From: Coprothermobacterota bacterium
GTDB taxonomy: Bacteria > Coprothermobacterota > HKB111
NCBI GenBank assembly: GCA_037440465.1
Contig: JBBIUB010000008.1
Coordinates: forward strand, 1-48,926
Length of the DNA: 48,926 bases
Reading direction: 5' to 3'
This document shows positions 18,439 to 28,486 of the stretch, piece by piece (position 1 is the first letter of the stretch; the number at the start of each line of letters is the position of its first letter). Made by a program: the position numbers and the translations under genes. A model generated the notes under the pieces. That model made no database searches. It was not told where the DNA came from and saw only the letters and a program-made list of their open reading frames with translations.

Positions 18439-19002
18439 CTAAAGACCAAGGTCACCAGATATATTTTGCATCTCCAACAGAGCAAGAGAGATAAATTCAT
18501 CAAGACTTATGCCAAGCTCTTCAATAGATCTTATTTGTTCCCTGTTAGCACCTTTAGCAAACCATTTTTCTCCAAACCGTCTTATAATAAATTCAAGATT
18601 AAGAGAAGAAAGTTTTTTATCCGGGTGAACAAGTGCTGCCGCTACTACCAGACCTGTAACAGGGTCAGCTGCCCAAAGAGCTTTGGCTATAACCGATTCT
18701 CTGGGTAAACCATGTACCTCATTGTGTGCCTCTACTGCCTGTACTATTTCTTCAGAGAAACCAATTTCCCTCATAATCCTCCCACTTTCCAGAGAATGGG
18801 TCATCATATCACCACCCACCATCTCAGAATCCACATCATGAAGTAAGCCTGCCAGACCCCAGCCTTCTTCATCTTGGTTAAGCCTATGGGACAACCCTCT
18901 CATCACCACTTCAACTGCTAAGCAGTGTTTCACCATGTTCTTATTACTTAATTTCTCTTTAAGTAAATTCAAGGCTTCTTCTCGTGTGATACTAAATTTC
19001 AT
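18439..19002 (-). CDS. HD/HDIG domain phosphohydrolase
   Basis: KHCLAVE, GLLHDVD, AHN, AL.AAD, FAKGANRE. Confidence 0.9.
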   Translation of the reverse strand: MKFSITREEALNLLKEKLSNKNMVKHCLAVEVVMRGLSHRLNQDEEGWGLAGLLHDVDSEMVGGDMMTHSLESGRIMREIGFSEEIVQAVEAHNEVHGLPRESVIAKALWAADPVTGLVVAAALVHPDKKLSSLNLEFIIRRFGEKWFAKGANREQIRSIEELGISLDEFISLALLEMQNISGDLGL

Positions 19003-20995
19003 CATTAACCTCCAGGTACAAATTAAAGATTTGCGGAATCTTTAACATCAATGACAATCCCTGAAATACCCTCTCCAATCCGCCCTCTGAAAGGGAAACT
19101 GTGTAAACAGGATAATAGAATAAATCATACTCCTTATTGCTTTGAAAAACCAGTGTGAAGTTTCGTAAATTATCTCTTAGCCTGAAACTATTTATCAGCA
19201 GAACCTGGCCAGGTTCATCTACTATATACTTCTGATTCTGAGTTTCCAGAACAAGTGAATCAGTGGATAGGAAGCCCAGGTTAAACTCTACACCTAAAGA
19301 TGGCAGGTTATGTTCATAATTCAGTTTAATATGATTAGAAAGATTAGAAGGTTCCAGACTCTTGTTTATCCACCAATCACCCTGGTTTATACTGAAAGAA
19401 ACACCTTTTTCTGTGAAAGAAACAGAATATGGAATCGCATACAAGCTATTGAAACCTTTATTCTCCATAAGCCCTTTTCCAGAAATTTCATTATTAAGAA
19501 CATTATCTATAAGACTCTCTCTTGGGTGATTATCATAGATAAGAAAACGGTGTAGTTCTTTTTCTTTTGAAATATGTAATTCGTGAATGCTTTTTGCGCC
19601 AGTTTTCTCTTCAGTGGGTAACTCCTTAAGTTTATTGTGGTATGCTTCTTCTCTTCGTCCAATTATTGAAGAAAGACTGATACCTTTTTCTTTTAAATCA
19701 AACTGGTAAATAGTTCCACCCCTATCAGGAGAAAGAAAAAGGGTAAGAAACGGTGTAGAAAGAAGAACCTCTTTTTTACCATCTGCATCAAGGTCAATTT
19801 TTTCAACCCTCAAAAACTCATCTCCGTAGAGAGATGATTCAGCTAACCTTTCAGCTTTCAAAAGGGCCTTCAACACTCCCTCTCTAAGATGAGGCAGATA
19901 AAGTCCCCCAAATACACCATGCCAGTAAGGACAGTTAGTCTGGCCTTTATAAAGTTCCTTATATGCTTTATCGCCTCCATCAGCAAAGGCATTATTTACC
20001 AGAGAACTTACATAAAGCATCTTTTTATGTAGATAGTTAGATTCTCTGTATTTACTAAGGAAATTCCTCCAAAAACCACCTTTAATATAAGGTATCAACC
20101 TGAGTGGGTCTTTAATTTCAAGTTCATTATATATTTCCGTCAAATGACGAGAGCTTTCAGCTGGAAGAGCCCACTCAGAAAGCTCACGGTAACTGGATGT
20201 TCCTAAATATATCCTTCCTGCTGGAGAAAACATCTCTAATGCTTCAGAAAATGTGATTGTTTTTATCTCGTTATCCTCAGAAAGAGCTTTAAAGAAATTC
20301 TTTAGCCATCCCTTTTCTACTACCCACTCATAAGTGTCAGGCCACACCCCGAACTTTTCCCCATCATCAGCCATGGTAATAAGCTTGCCTTTATATTCTA
20401 CTTTTTTTAATAATGCCAGAACATCTCTAACAGGCTTAAAAGGGATTGAATAGCGAAGTTCTTTGATGATGGGGAATGCATAAACTACTTCTCCTTCATC
20501 CTCAGTTATGTAGTAACCAGAAAGATTCTCTTTTTGGAGACCAGAAGAAAGAAAGTGAGTATCGTCTAAAATTATATACTTTAACCCAGCTCTGGAGATG
20601 AATTTTGGTAAGGTTGGTTCCCAGACCCTCTCGGGCACCCACATTCCTTTTACATCTACTCCAAACCTATCTTTATGAAAATCTATCATCAGTTTTATCT
20701 GCCCGATCTTATCCTTGTCAGGAATAACTGATAGTATTGGTTCGTAAAAAGCACCGCCTATTATTTCTACCTGCTTTTTCTCAACCAGAGACCCCAATAA
20801 GTTCAGATGCTTAGGATGATTATCCTCCAACCATTCTAATAGTGTACCTGAATAATGAAAAGAAGCTTTTACTGCCGGGTAAAGAGCCAGAGTTTCCAGA
20901 AGAGGGGAATAAGCCTTTCTGAAGGCTTCTTCAAAGATATTCTGGAAGTTACCAACAGGTTGATGGTTGTGAATACCGAGAGTAAAAAATACCAT
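18992..20995 (-). CDS. GH57 4-alpha-glucanotransferase / alpha-amylase (AmyA-like)
   Basis: HNHQPVGN, GMWVPERVWEP, DDGEKFGVWP, SYRELSEWAL, YWHGVFGGLYLPHLR. Confidence 0.92.
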   Translation of the reverse strand: MVFFTLGIHNHQPVGNFQNIFEEAFRKAYSPLLETLALYPAVKASFHYSGTLLEWLEDNHPKHLNLLGSLVEKKQVEIIGGAFYEPILSVIPDKDKIGQIKLMIDFHKDRFGVDVKGMWVPERVWEPTLPKFISRAGLKYIILDDTHFLSSGLQKENLSGYYITEDEGEVVYAFPIIKELRYSIPFKPVRDVLALLKKVEYKGKLITMADDGEKFGVWPDTYEWVVEKGWLKNFFKALSEDNEIKTITFSEALEMFSPAGRIYLGTSSYRELSEWALPAESSRHLTEIYNELEIKDPLRLIPYIKGGFWRNFLSKYRESNYLHKKMLYVSSLVNNAFADGGDKAYKELYKGQTNCPYWHGVFGGLYLPHLREGVLKALLKAERLAESSLYGDEFLRVEKIDLDADGKKEVLLSTPFLTLFLSPDRGGTIYQFDLKEKGISLSSIIGRREEAYHNKLKELPTEEKTGAKSIHELHISKEKELHRFLIYDNHPRESLIDNVLNNEISGKGLMENKGFNSLYAIPYSVSFTEKGVSFSINQGDWWINKSLEPSNLSNHIKLNYEHNLPSLGVEFNLGFLSTDSLVLETQNQKYIVDEPGQVLLINSFRLRDNLRNFTLVFQSNKEYDLFYYPVYTVSLSEGGLERVFQGLSLMLKIPQIFNLYLEVNDEI

Positions 20996-21001
20996 ATCTA
21001 T

Positions 21002-22567
21002 TTATATAAAATCCTTATCAAGAAAAATGTGGTCTTTCTCTTCTATTTCTCTTAAAACTGTCTCATCCGAAACAGATAGCCTTCTTTCAAGCATTTTCGT
21101 GATAAGGTAGAAATTTCTCTCGTGTTCTTCAAACCTTTTTTTAGCGTAATCTTTAGCTTGACCAGTCGTGATGAGGAATTCCCAGTCTGATGACTGGAGA
21201 AGTAAAAGCTCCCTATTAATCTGAGTAATCAAGCGACCTGGTTTAGAAGGATTTTTTAACCAGGTTTTTTCAGCTTCGTATATCTTATCCCACATCCAGG
21301 CAGTATTTTCATTTAACCAGACCCTGTCTCCTCCCCCTTCTCCCCATGATGAATTTATTGGCTTGCATTTCATTGAAGGAGGATGACTATCAAGAAACTT
21401 GCTAAGTGTAATTACTCCAACATCCTTTTCTCCTGATAAATATTCCAGTACTCCTTCCAACCATTCCACGCCTTCGTACCACCAGTGACCAAAGAGCTCT
21501 GCATCAAAGGGGGTTACTATAATACCCTTTTCACCTGTGCCAAGAAAATAAGAAGTTAAGGCTTCCCTGAGGGTAGAAGAAAAGTGGGAAATATGAGAAA
21601 TGACTCTCTCTTTTGCTATAAGAGGAGAGTAGAAATCCTTTCTTCCCAGGTCAGCACCCTTTTCTGCTATTTGCCAGTATTGCGCACCTGAGGTGTCTTT
21701 TCTTTTATGATATTCCCTATAATAAGGATCGCCAGGATAGCCCCATTCTCCTGACCATACTTGATAGGAAAATCGGGGATGTCTCAGGAAAAAAAATAAT
21801 TCAGAATCAGAAAATCTGTAAGGTTTCAAACACCCAATTGGTGAAAAGGAAGCAGAACAACTTAACTTTGAGTTACTACCATTAAAATACACTCCATCCA
21901 GAGCATGAGTTTCTAAAATGGTGTACTTAAATCCAGAATCAGCAAGAACCAGATCCAGAGATGATAGGAAATTTTCATTAACCTTTCTCTCTCTTTTATA
22001 ACCACACTCTGGAAGCCAGAACCCATTTGGCTCCATACCAAATAACCTATGATAAACACTATAAGCTGTTTGGACCTGAAGTCTTATTGATTTTTCTGAG
22101 CTTAATAATGGAAGGTAGGCATGCGTAGCAGAAGAAGTAATGAGTTCAACTGAACCTTCTTCCCCCAACCTTCTCAAGCCTGTTAATATATCTCCATTAA
22201 GTTCATTTAAATAGAAATTTGTGAGTTCTTCTATTCTTTTCTGGTAGAGTTGACTCAATGATTTTATCTTATTAATATTGTTTTTTTCATCAATCTGCAA
22301 TAATCTTATTCGTTCATTTATATAATTAATAAAAGAATCTCGAAAATCTGGAGCCCCCAATTGTTCAAGCAGAACTGGGGTGAAACTTAAAGTAACTGAA
22401 GGGTTGATTCCTTTTTTTATCAGTCTATAAAAACTTCTTATTAGTGGTAAGTAACTTCCCAGAGCTGCTTCAAATAACCACTCTTCTCCAAAGGGCCATC
22501 GGTCGTGCCCTTTTACATAGGGAAGATGAAAATGAAGTAGTAATGCATAATAACCAATATTACCCAT
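21002..22567 (-). CDS. GH57 1,4-alpha-glucan branching enzyme (DUF1957)
   Basis: HFHLPYV, EEWLFEA, THAYLPL, FWLPECGY, FDAELFGHWWYEG, QSSDWEF. Confidence 0.92.
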   Translation of the reverse strand: MGNIGYYALLLHFHLPYVKGHDRWPFGEEWLFEAALGSYLPLIRSFYRLIKKGINPSVTLSFTPVLLEQLGAPDFRDSFINYINERIRLLQIDEKNNINKIKSLSQLYQKRIEELTNFYLNELNGDILTGLRRLGEEGSVELITSSATHAYLPLLSSEKSIRLQVQTAYSVYHRLFGMEPNGFWLPECGYKRERKVNENFLSSLDLVLADSGFKYTILETHALDGVYFNGSNSKLSCSASFSPIGCLKPYRFSDSELFFFLRHPRFSYQVWSGEWGYPGDPYYREYHKRKDTSGAQYWQIAEKGADLGRKDFYSPLIAKERVISHISHFSSTLREALTSYFLGTGEKGIIVTPFDAELFGHWWYEGVEWLEGVLEYLSGEKDVGVITLSKFLDSHPPSMKCKPINSSWGEGGGDRVWLNENTAWMWDKIYEAEKTWLKNPSKPGRLITQINRELLLLQSSDWEFLITTGQAKDYAKKRFEEHERNFYLITKMLERRLSVSDETVLREIEEKDHIFLDKDFI

Positions 22568-22621
22568 TCAGTCAAGAACTCCTTTTTTTAGATTATATCC
22601 TTTAAATTAACCAGCGTCAAC

Positions 22622-22650
22622 TTGATATTTCTTAGCTTAATATATATAAT
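22622..22650 (+). promoter_or_regulatory. Sigma70-type promoter for the DUF4388 gene
   Basis: TTGATA, 17 bp spacer, TATAAT. Confidence 0.65.
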
Positions 22651-22687
22651 AATATTACTTGTAATATTAATAAATAGGGAGGAAATT

Positions 22688-23524
22688 ATGGCTTTAGGTG
22701 GATCATTAAAAGATTTTGGATTAGAAGAACTTTTAGGCATGTTGTCGCTGGGGAAAAAAACAGGAAAATTAAATCTTAAAGTTTTTGACAAGGAGGGAGA
22801 TATATTCTTAAAAGAAGGTTTTCCGATTCATGCTTCAGTAAATGACAGTCAGGGAGTTGAAGCCCTTTACTCATTTTTTCTTTGGAGTGATGGCTCTTTT
22901 ACTTTCGAAACTAACATCGCCTCTCCGGCAGAAACCATCAATATTTCTATTGATAACATTCTTAAAGAAGCCAATGAACGAAAAAAAGTTTGGGAAGAAG
23001 TTAAAAGCAAACTTCCCGACATGAATGTTTCTCTGGAACCCGTGGAAGATATTAAGGAAGACTTTATCTCCCTTTCCAGAGAAGACTGGGATATTTTTAT
23101 ACAGGTATTCAGAAGAAACCCTGTAAAAATCATCGTATCTTCATCAAAATCAAGTAGTATTAAGACCATTAATTCTGTTTTATCCCTTATGGATAGAGGT
23201 ATTCTTAAGATTGGTGAAATAGCAATCAGGGATTCCTCTCGTCAAGTATTAGTTGAGCTCCGTCAGGAAGGCATCCTCAGTACCTCCCCAACTGGAGAAG
23301 TGGCCTTCATAGACCCTAATATGATACAGGAATGGCAGAAAGATGGATGGCTATCATCAGGAGTATTAAGAGTAGAACTCATCACTGCTACTCAGAAAAC
23401 TACCATAATATCAATAAAAGGACGGGTAGGACTGAAAGAGGGAGTAATTCAACTACCAGCCACAGTCCTTTCCCGCCTTGGCATTAAACCCGGTGATAAG
23501 ATTAAGGCAAAGCCTGAATCTTAA
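22688..23524 (+). CDS. DUF4388 (PATAN-like) domain protein (start moved to ATG 22688 after SD GGGAGG)
   Basis: MALGGSLKDFGLEELLGML...KTGKL...G.IFLKEG.PIHA...W.DGSFTF. Confidence 0.85.
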   Translation: MALGGSLKDFGLEELLGMLSLGKKTGKLNLKVFDKEGDIFLKEGFPIHASVNDSQGVEALYSFFLWSDGSFTFETNIASPAETINISIDNILKEANERKKVWEEVKSKLPDMNVSLEPVEDIKEDFISLSREDWDIFIQVFRRNPVKIIVSSSKSSSIKTINSVLSLMDRGILKIGEIAIRDSSRQVLVELRQEGILSTSPTGEVAFIDPNMIQEWQKDGWLSSGVLRVELITATQKTTIISIKGRVGLKEGVIQLPATVLSRLGIKPGDKIKAKPES

Positions 23525-24447
23525 ATTTTCAACCTCGGGTCTAAAGCATCTCTCAGTCCATCTCCTATAAAATTAAAGGAGAGGACTGTTATAAAAAGGA
23601 AGGTTCCAGGGAGAATAATTAGATACCACAGGTGGGGCAATAGAACCCAGTTTGTTGCCCCCTGAAGCATCTGTCCCCAGGATGTGGCTGGTGGTGCTAC
23701 ACCCAGTCCCAGGAAGGATAGGGATGCCTCCCATACCATATTTCCTCCTATAGATAGAGTAGCAGAGACTATGATGGGTGCCATTACATTAGGAAGAAGA
23801 TGACGCCACATTATCCTTTTATCTGATGCACCTATTGATTTAGAGGCTTCTATAAACTGCTGCTCCCTTAAGGATAGAACCTGGCCCCGTACTAACCTGG
23901 CTGTAGTCATCCATCCCAGGAAAGCCATTACCAGCACAATAGGTAAGATTCCAGCAAAGATGCCCAGGTGGAGTTTATATTCCAGAATAGGAGTAATCCT
24001 CCTAAAAACTACTGCTAAGCTCATTAACAAAGGTAAAGTGGGAATAGTGAACATAACATCGGTAAACCGCATAAGAAGACTGTCAACCCAACCACCATAA
24101 TGACCTGCCAATAGACCAATAAGTACGCCCAGAAAGATTGAAATTGAAACACTTAAAAATCCCACCAGAAGGCTTACTTTGCCACCAAACATCAGGCGAG
24201 CCAGAAGATCTCTCCCCAGAGTATCCGTTCCCAAAGGATGACCTGGTGAGCCAGGAGTTAAGGTGGGACTTGAAATAATTGGAATATAAGAGTGTCTGAC
24301 TGTCCAGATTAAAGGACCTATTAGTGAAAAGAATGTTATCATCAAAATAATAGCTAAACCCACTATGGCAAGGCGATGTCTTCTGAACCTACGCCAGGTG
24401 ACCTGCCAGAAAGAAAACTGCTCTAAGGTTTTATTTTCTTTAGTCAT
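23521..24447 (-). CDS. oppC: Peptide/nickel ABC transporter permease (OppC/DppC-like), operon 1
   Basis: HPLGTDTLGRD, EAA-like loop [21 protein letters not shown]. Confidence 0.92.
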   Translation of the reverse strand: MTKENKTLEQFSFWQVTWRRFRRHRLAIVGLAIILMITFFSLIGPLIWTVRHSYIPIISSPTLTPGSPGHPLGTDTLGRDLLARLMFGGKVSLLVGFLSVSISIFLGVLIGLLAGHYGGWVDSLLMRFTDVMFTIPTLPLLMSLAVVFRRITPILEYKLHLGIFAGILPIVLVMAFLGWMTTARLVRGQVLSLREQQFIEASKSIGASDKRIMWRHLLPNVMAPIIVSATLSIGGNMVWEASLSFLGLGVAPPATSWGQMLQGATNWVLLPHLWYLIILPGTFLFITVLSFNFIGDGLRDALDPRLKI

Positions 24448-25408
24448 ATTTCACCCTCGGGTCAACCACGGCATAGAGAACATCTGCTAATAGGTTTCCT
24501 ACAACAACCAGAATGGCAAACATCATCAGAACCGACTGAACTACCATATAATCGTGAGACATGATACCTTCGTATAATAGTTTCCCTATACCCGGAATAG
24601 AAAAGACCGTTTCAGTAATAGTGGCTCCCCCAATAATAGCAGGAAGAGAAAGAGCTAATAGAGTGACTATAGGTATAAGGGCATTACGCATGGCGTGCTT
24701 ATATATCACCACCCGCTCGGAAAGTCCCTTGGCACGAGCGGTGCGGATATAATCCTGATTTATAACCTCCAGAAAGGAGGACCTTACATATCTTAGCATA
24801 CCTCCAGCACTGACAACAGCTAAAACTACTACTGGTAGAAATAGGTGGCGAGCCCTATCTACAACCTGAGAAAAGAAAGGCATGTCTTCCATACCTGGTG
24901 CCATAAAACCTCCTGGTGGAAACCAGCCTAAACTTGCTGAGAAAGTCATTAGCATAACCACTCCTAAGAAAAAGGTGGGCATAGAAAGACCAAAAAATAC
25001 CAGGGCAGTGGCTATATTGTCTCCCAGCGAATACTTGTGGAGTGCTGAGTAAATTCCTATCGGTATGGCTATTAAAATCTCCAGTATCAGTGAAGCTGTG
25101 CCATACTGTATGGATACAGGAAGACGGTATGATACTACCTGAAGGGCATTCTTCCCAGGAGAAAGCATGGAAAGGCCCCATTCTCCTACCAGTACAGAAC
25201 GAAGCCAGTAAAAATAGCGGAAATACCAAGGCTTATCAAAACCCCAGAGACGCCTTACGCGGGCGATATCCCCAGAGCTTATTCGGGGGTTAGTGCGCAA
25301 TTGTTCAAAGGGGTCCCCCATAAGGCTAATTATCCCGAATACAATTATGGAAACCATCAGGAGTAAAGGGATAAGGGCAATCAGTCTCCTAATTAAATAA
25401 TTCCTCAT
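24440..25408 (-). CDS. oppB: Peptide/nickel ABC transporter permease (OppB/DppB-like), operon 1
   Basis: MRNYLIRRL, DYIRTARAKGL, NLLADVLYAVVDPR. Confidence 0.92.
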   Translation of the reverse strand: MRNYLIRRLIALIPLLLMVSIIVFGIISLMGDPFEQLRTNPRISSGDIARVRRLWGFDKPWYFRYFYWLRSVLVGEWGLSMLSPGKNALQVVSYRLPVSIQYGTASLILEILIAIPIGIYSALHKYSLGDNIATALVFFGLSMPTFFLGVVMLMTFSASLGWFPPGGFMAPGMEDMPFFSQVVDRARHLFLPVVVLAVVSAGGMLRYVRSSFLEVINQDYIRTARAKGLSERVVIYKHAMRNALIPIVTLLALSLPAIIGGATITETVFSIPGIGKLLYEGIMSHDYMVVQSVLMMFAILVVVGNLLADVLYAVVDPRVKYD

Positions 25409-25432
25409 AAAATCTCCTTTATCTCAAAAAAT

Positions 25433-25460
25433 GGGAGGGGGCAGATTATTCGCCCCCTCC
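25433..25460 (-). terminator. GC-rich stem-loop after SBP1 (partial terminator or mRNA stabiliser)
   Basis: GGAGGGGGC-AGATTATTC-GCCCCCTCC, followed by a T-run on the minus strand. Confidence 0.7.
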
Positions 25461-25474
25461 AAAAGTTAATCTAT

Positions 25475-27868
25475 TTACTCTCTATACCAGTACATTATGT
25501 TCCAGGTATGGGTTCCAACATCTATTCCCATATCGTAGCCTTTGATTGCCTCTCTTATAGCGGTATGGGCTGACCACCAGAGAAGTGGAAGCTCAGGAAC
25601 ATCTGTGTTCCATAATACCTGGTGTTTGAAGTAAGCTTCGTCTCTCTTAGGTCTATTTAAGTCTTCATTAAATACTTTAGCCAGTTTATCAGCTTCCACA
25701 TTACGCCAACCCGTATAGTTTTGGCCTTGCCAACCGTTAGCCTTTGAAGGAATTTGAGAAGAATGGTAAAGAGTATATCCACCTGGCTCAACAATGGTGT
25801 TCTGCCCCCAGGCAAAGTGGGCTATATCGTACTGACGCATAGGTAGAAGTTGACCAAAGAGTATTCCAGCCATGACTTGCTCAAAGCGCATGATAATGCC
25901 AACCCTGGCCAGTTGCTCCTTCATGATTTCTAACTGAAGTCTCCTGTCTTCCCGAATGGTGGTAGAAACCTTGAAGTCAACTTTAACACCTTCCGGAGTG
26001 TGCCAGATTCCACCAATCTTCTTAAACCCAGCATCAGAAAGAATCTTTTCTGCTTTAACAGGGTTGTAGGTAGTAGCATCCTTTACTACATCCATATTCT
26101 CGGCGAACTTAGAGAATAGGGCGTATCCACCACAGGGTTCACGACCTCCAAAGAAGACCAAGTTAGATACAGCTTTTCTATCAATAGCATAGGAAATGGC
26201 TTTTCTTAAAGCGGTGTATTTGAAGAGTGGATGAGTATAAGGTACGCCAGGCTTGGGGTCATCAGGTAGTTTATTAGGGTCATCGTAGTTTATTGTCCAG
26301 TGCTCCCAGTAAGCTGATGGCATACTGACCACCTTGAGGCCCTTGACCGGTCTCTCTCTTAAGACCTTAACATGAGAATCACTCAAACCGATGAGAGCCA
26401 TGTCCAAAGTCTTACCAAGTAACCCGGCTAAGGCGCCTTCTGTTTCCAGAAAGCGATAAATGACTTTGTCAAAAAGACCTTTACCCATGTAGTAGTTGGT
26501 GTCTGGAATAAGTTCAATATGAGAACCCTTAATCCATTTAGAAAGTTTGTAGGGACCTATATGTATGGGTGCATCGTTGTAAGTGCTGGTCTGGATGGAG
26601 TTGGACTGTCCGTTGAGGTAATCAAAGAGGGTTTTACTACCAATAACACTTTTATCGGCAATGTAAGCACCGTCAGCATCAATGAAGAGGTCAAAGTCTA
26701 TGATAGCAGGAAAATCTACAGTCCTCTTGAAGATATTGGTCTCAAACCAGTGCTTTGGATAGATTGGCAGACCAAACTGAGGCCAAATGCTTGTAGTACG
26801 CCAGTAAGTGACAATTTTATAGTCACCTACCAATTCCATCCTGAGTAGTTTGTCATAGGGGTCTGTGGTGGCTACCATCATATCCTTCATAAGGTAAAGG
26901 ATGGTTCCAAAAGCCACATCCTTATTAGTAACAGGCTTACCATCTGACCACTTAAGTCCAGGTCGAAGCTCATAGTTAATTTTCATAACTACCTTAGTTT
27001 TTCTTCCAGTAACCAGAGTTATCTCAGGTTCTTTTCCCTCAGGATAAGCTATCCATAGTCCGTTCTCTATGGTTGGACGAATCTTATCCATCTGGGGCCA
27101 GAGTTCACCTCTCCAGTCAGAAAGTATAGTCCCGTCATAGATACCACCCAGAACCTGGTACATGGCAGACATGCTGTCCAGCATGCCAAAAAGGGTAGCT
27201 GGTTCCTGATGAATGTCTATAGTCATGGTCCCCCCTAATTTTGGAGGATAAACCAGGCGATAGATAATCATGGCAGCTTCTGCCCTGTTTGCAGGGGCAT
27301 TAGCAGAGACCAGTCGCCCAATTCTGTAATTGAGAAACTGGTGAGCAGAGCGATAGGAAACGGTTATAATTCCTTTAGCCCAGGCAGGAACGATATTTTC
27401 ATCATTTGCCAAAGCAACCAGCTCTTTAACTCCTTCTGCTTCCTTTTCAATGCCCTTGGCTTTTACAGCTACTGCTGCCATCTCAGCACGAGTAACCGGA
27501 CTCTCGGGTTTAAATGTTCTATCTGGATAACCCTTGAGATACCCTGCTTTAACAGCAGTTTCCACAAAACCATATGCCCAGTGGGTGGGAGCAAGGTCTT
27601 TGAAGGTAGGTGTAGCAGGTTTTACGACTGAGAGTTTTTTGGAAATGACTATCAATGTAGCATATTCTGCTCTGGTTAAACTCCTCTCAGGAGCATAGGT
27701 AGTAGGTGTTATACCTTTAATAATTCCAGCTTCAACTAATTTATAAATGTAATCATAAGCCCAGTGTGTAGCAGGAACATCAGCAAATTTCACCTGTGCT
27801 CTAACAGGTAAAGCCAGAATAGTTAACCCCATGATAATAATTAAAGCCCACACTAAACTACTTTTCAC
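25475..27868 (-). CDS. SLH-domain / ABC family-5 substrate-binding protein fusion (SBP1)
   Basis: Sec signal without lipobox (VRA/Q); SLH motifs FADVPATHWA...TRAE, FKDL..THWA..GYPDRTFKP..VTRAE, ANRAEAA; SBP5 motifs LRPGLKWSDGKPVT, GPYKL..W. Confidence 0.9.
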   Translation of the reverse strand: MKSSLVWALIIIMGLTILALPVRAQVKFADVPATHWAYDYIYKLVEAGIIKGITPTTYAPERSLTRAEYATLIVISKKLSVVKPATPTFKDLAPTHWAYGFVETAVKAGYLKGYPDRTFKPESPVTRAEMAAVAVKAKGIEKEAEGVKELVALANDENIVPAWAKGIITVSYRSAHQFLNYRIGRLVSANAPANRAEAAMIIYRLVYPPKLGGTMTIDIHQEPATLFGMLDSMSAMYQVLGGIYDGTILSDWRGELWPQMDKIRPTIENGLWIAYPEGKEPEITLVTGRKTKVVMKINYELRPGLKWSDGKPVTNKDVAFGTILYLMKDMMVATTDPYDKLLRMELVGDYKIVTYWRTTSIWPQFGLPIYPKHWFETNIFKRTVDFPAIIDFDLFIDADGAYIADKSVIGSKTLFDYLNGQSNSIQTSTYNDAPIHIGPYKLSKWIKGSHIELIPDTNYYMGKGLFDKVIYRFLETEGALAGLLGKTLDMALIGLSDSHVKVLRERPVKGLKVVSMPSAYWEHWTINYDDPNKLPDDPKPGVPYTHPLFKYTALRKAISYAIDRKAVSNLVFFGGREPCGGYALFSKFAENMDVVKDATTYNPVKAEKILSDAGFKKIGGIWHTPEGVKVDFKVSTTIREDRRLQLEIMKEQLARVGIIMRFEQVMAGILFGQLLPMRQYDIAHFAWGQNTIVEPGGYTLYHSSQIPSKANGWQGQNYTGWRNVEADKLAKVFNEDLNRPKRDEAYFKHQVLWNTDVPELPLLWWSAHTAIREAIKGYDMGIDVGTHTWNIMYWYRE

Positions 27869-27896
27869 TTTTTAAAACCTCCTTTTCAAATTTTTC

Positions 27897-27923
27897 TTAC
27901 CAAACTTTACCTAGTTTTATCAT
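27897..27923 (-). other. Upstream mini-ORF MIKLGKVW with perfect SD (AAGGAGGTGA) ahead of SBP1
   Basis: AAAGGAGGTGAAAA ATG ATA AAA CTA GGT AAA GTT TGG TAA, then a second SD for SBP1. Confidence 0.5.
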
Positions 27924-27951
27924 TTTTCACCTCCTTTTAATTACTAAATAT

Positions 27952-28020
27952 GAATCAAGGATTCGAGGATTCAAGGGTTCGAGTGACGTGTAATATACAT
28001 CTACCACTTGAATCCTTCAA
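27952..28020 (+). repeat. Family C microsatellite-type inverted repeat, copy 3
   Basis: 38 bp (27962-27999) identical to 35868-35905; then TACCACTTGAATCCT shared with 35986-36000. Confidence 0.9.
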
Positions 28021-28027
28021 CAACATC

Positions 28028-28480
28028 TTATAACGGTACTCTTAAAAAACCCAGGATGTCAAAGTGCATATCTCTCCTATTCCTCATATCCTCTGGACCA
28101 ACCGTATCATCTTTTACTGTGGCTACTGTAGTGATAGGTCTTGGTTTACGAAGGGTATTAGAGATAAATGCAGGGCTTAACTTTATCAAGTACTCTTCTT
28201 CCAAAAACCTTGCCAGTTTCCTGGGTCCGTATCCTGTTTTCTTCCTAAGGTCAAAAATAAGGCCCTTGATTTCAATAGGCACCTTACGACCTTTCCTCCT
28301 TGGTATGGGGGGTTTGTTGATTAAGCCTGCTGTTCCTTCATGGAGAAATCTTTTTTGCCACTTATAATATGTCTTTCTACTAATATTAAATCTCTCAGCT
28401 ACTTCCCCTATAGAAGCTCCTTTCTCAACCATCTTAAACCATAATAGTTTTTCCTCAACTGAATGATCTCTTTTCTCCAT
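28028..28480 (-). CDS. HTH protein resembling the DNA-binding N-terminus of IS481-family transposases, with no DDE domain
   Basis: SIGEVAERFNISRKTYYKWQKRF..EG..GL...P; LRKKTGYGPRKLA..L; unrelated short C-terminus; intact frame. Confidence 0.75.
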   Translation of the reverse strand: MEKRDHSVEEKLLWFKMVEKGASIGEVAERFNISRKTYYKWQKRFLHEGTAGLINKPPIPRRKGRKVPIEIKGLIFDLRKKTGYGPRKLARFLEEEYLIKLSPAFISNTLRKPRPITTVATVKDDTVGPEDMRNRRDMHFDILGFLRVPL

Positions 28481-28486
28481 ATCCTA

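Noticed and set aside
22622..22687. Hydrophobic N-terminal extension of the DUF4388 ORF (apparent TM anchor)
   Set aside because: It is the translated AT-rich promoter; the SD supports ATG 22688.
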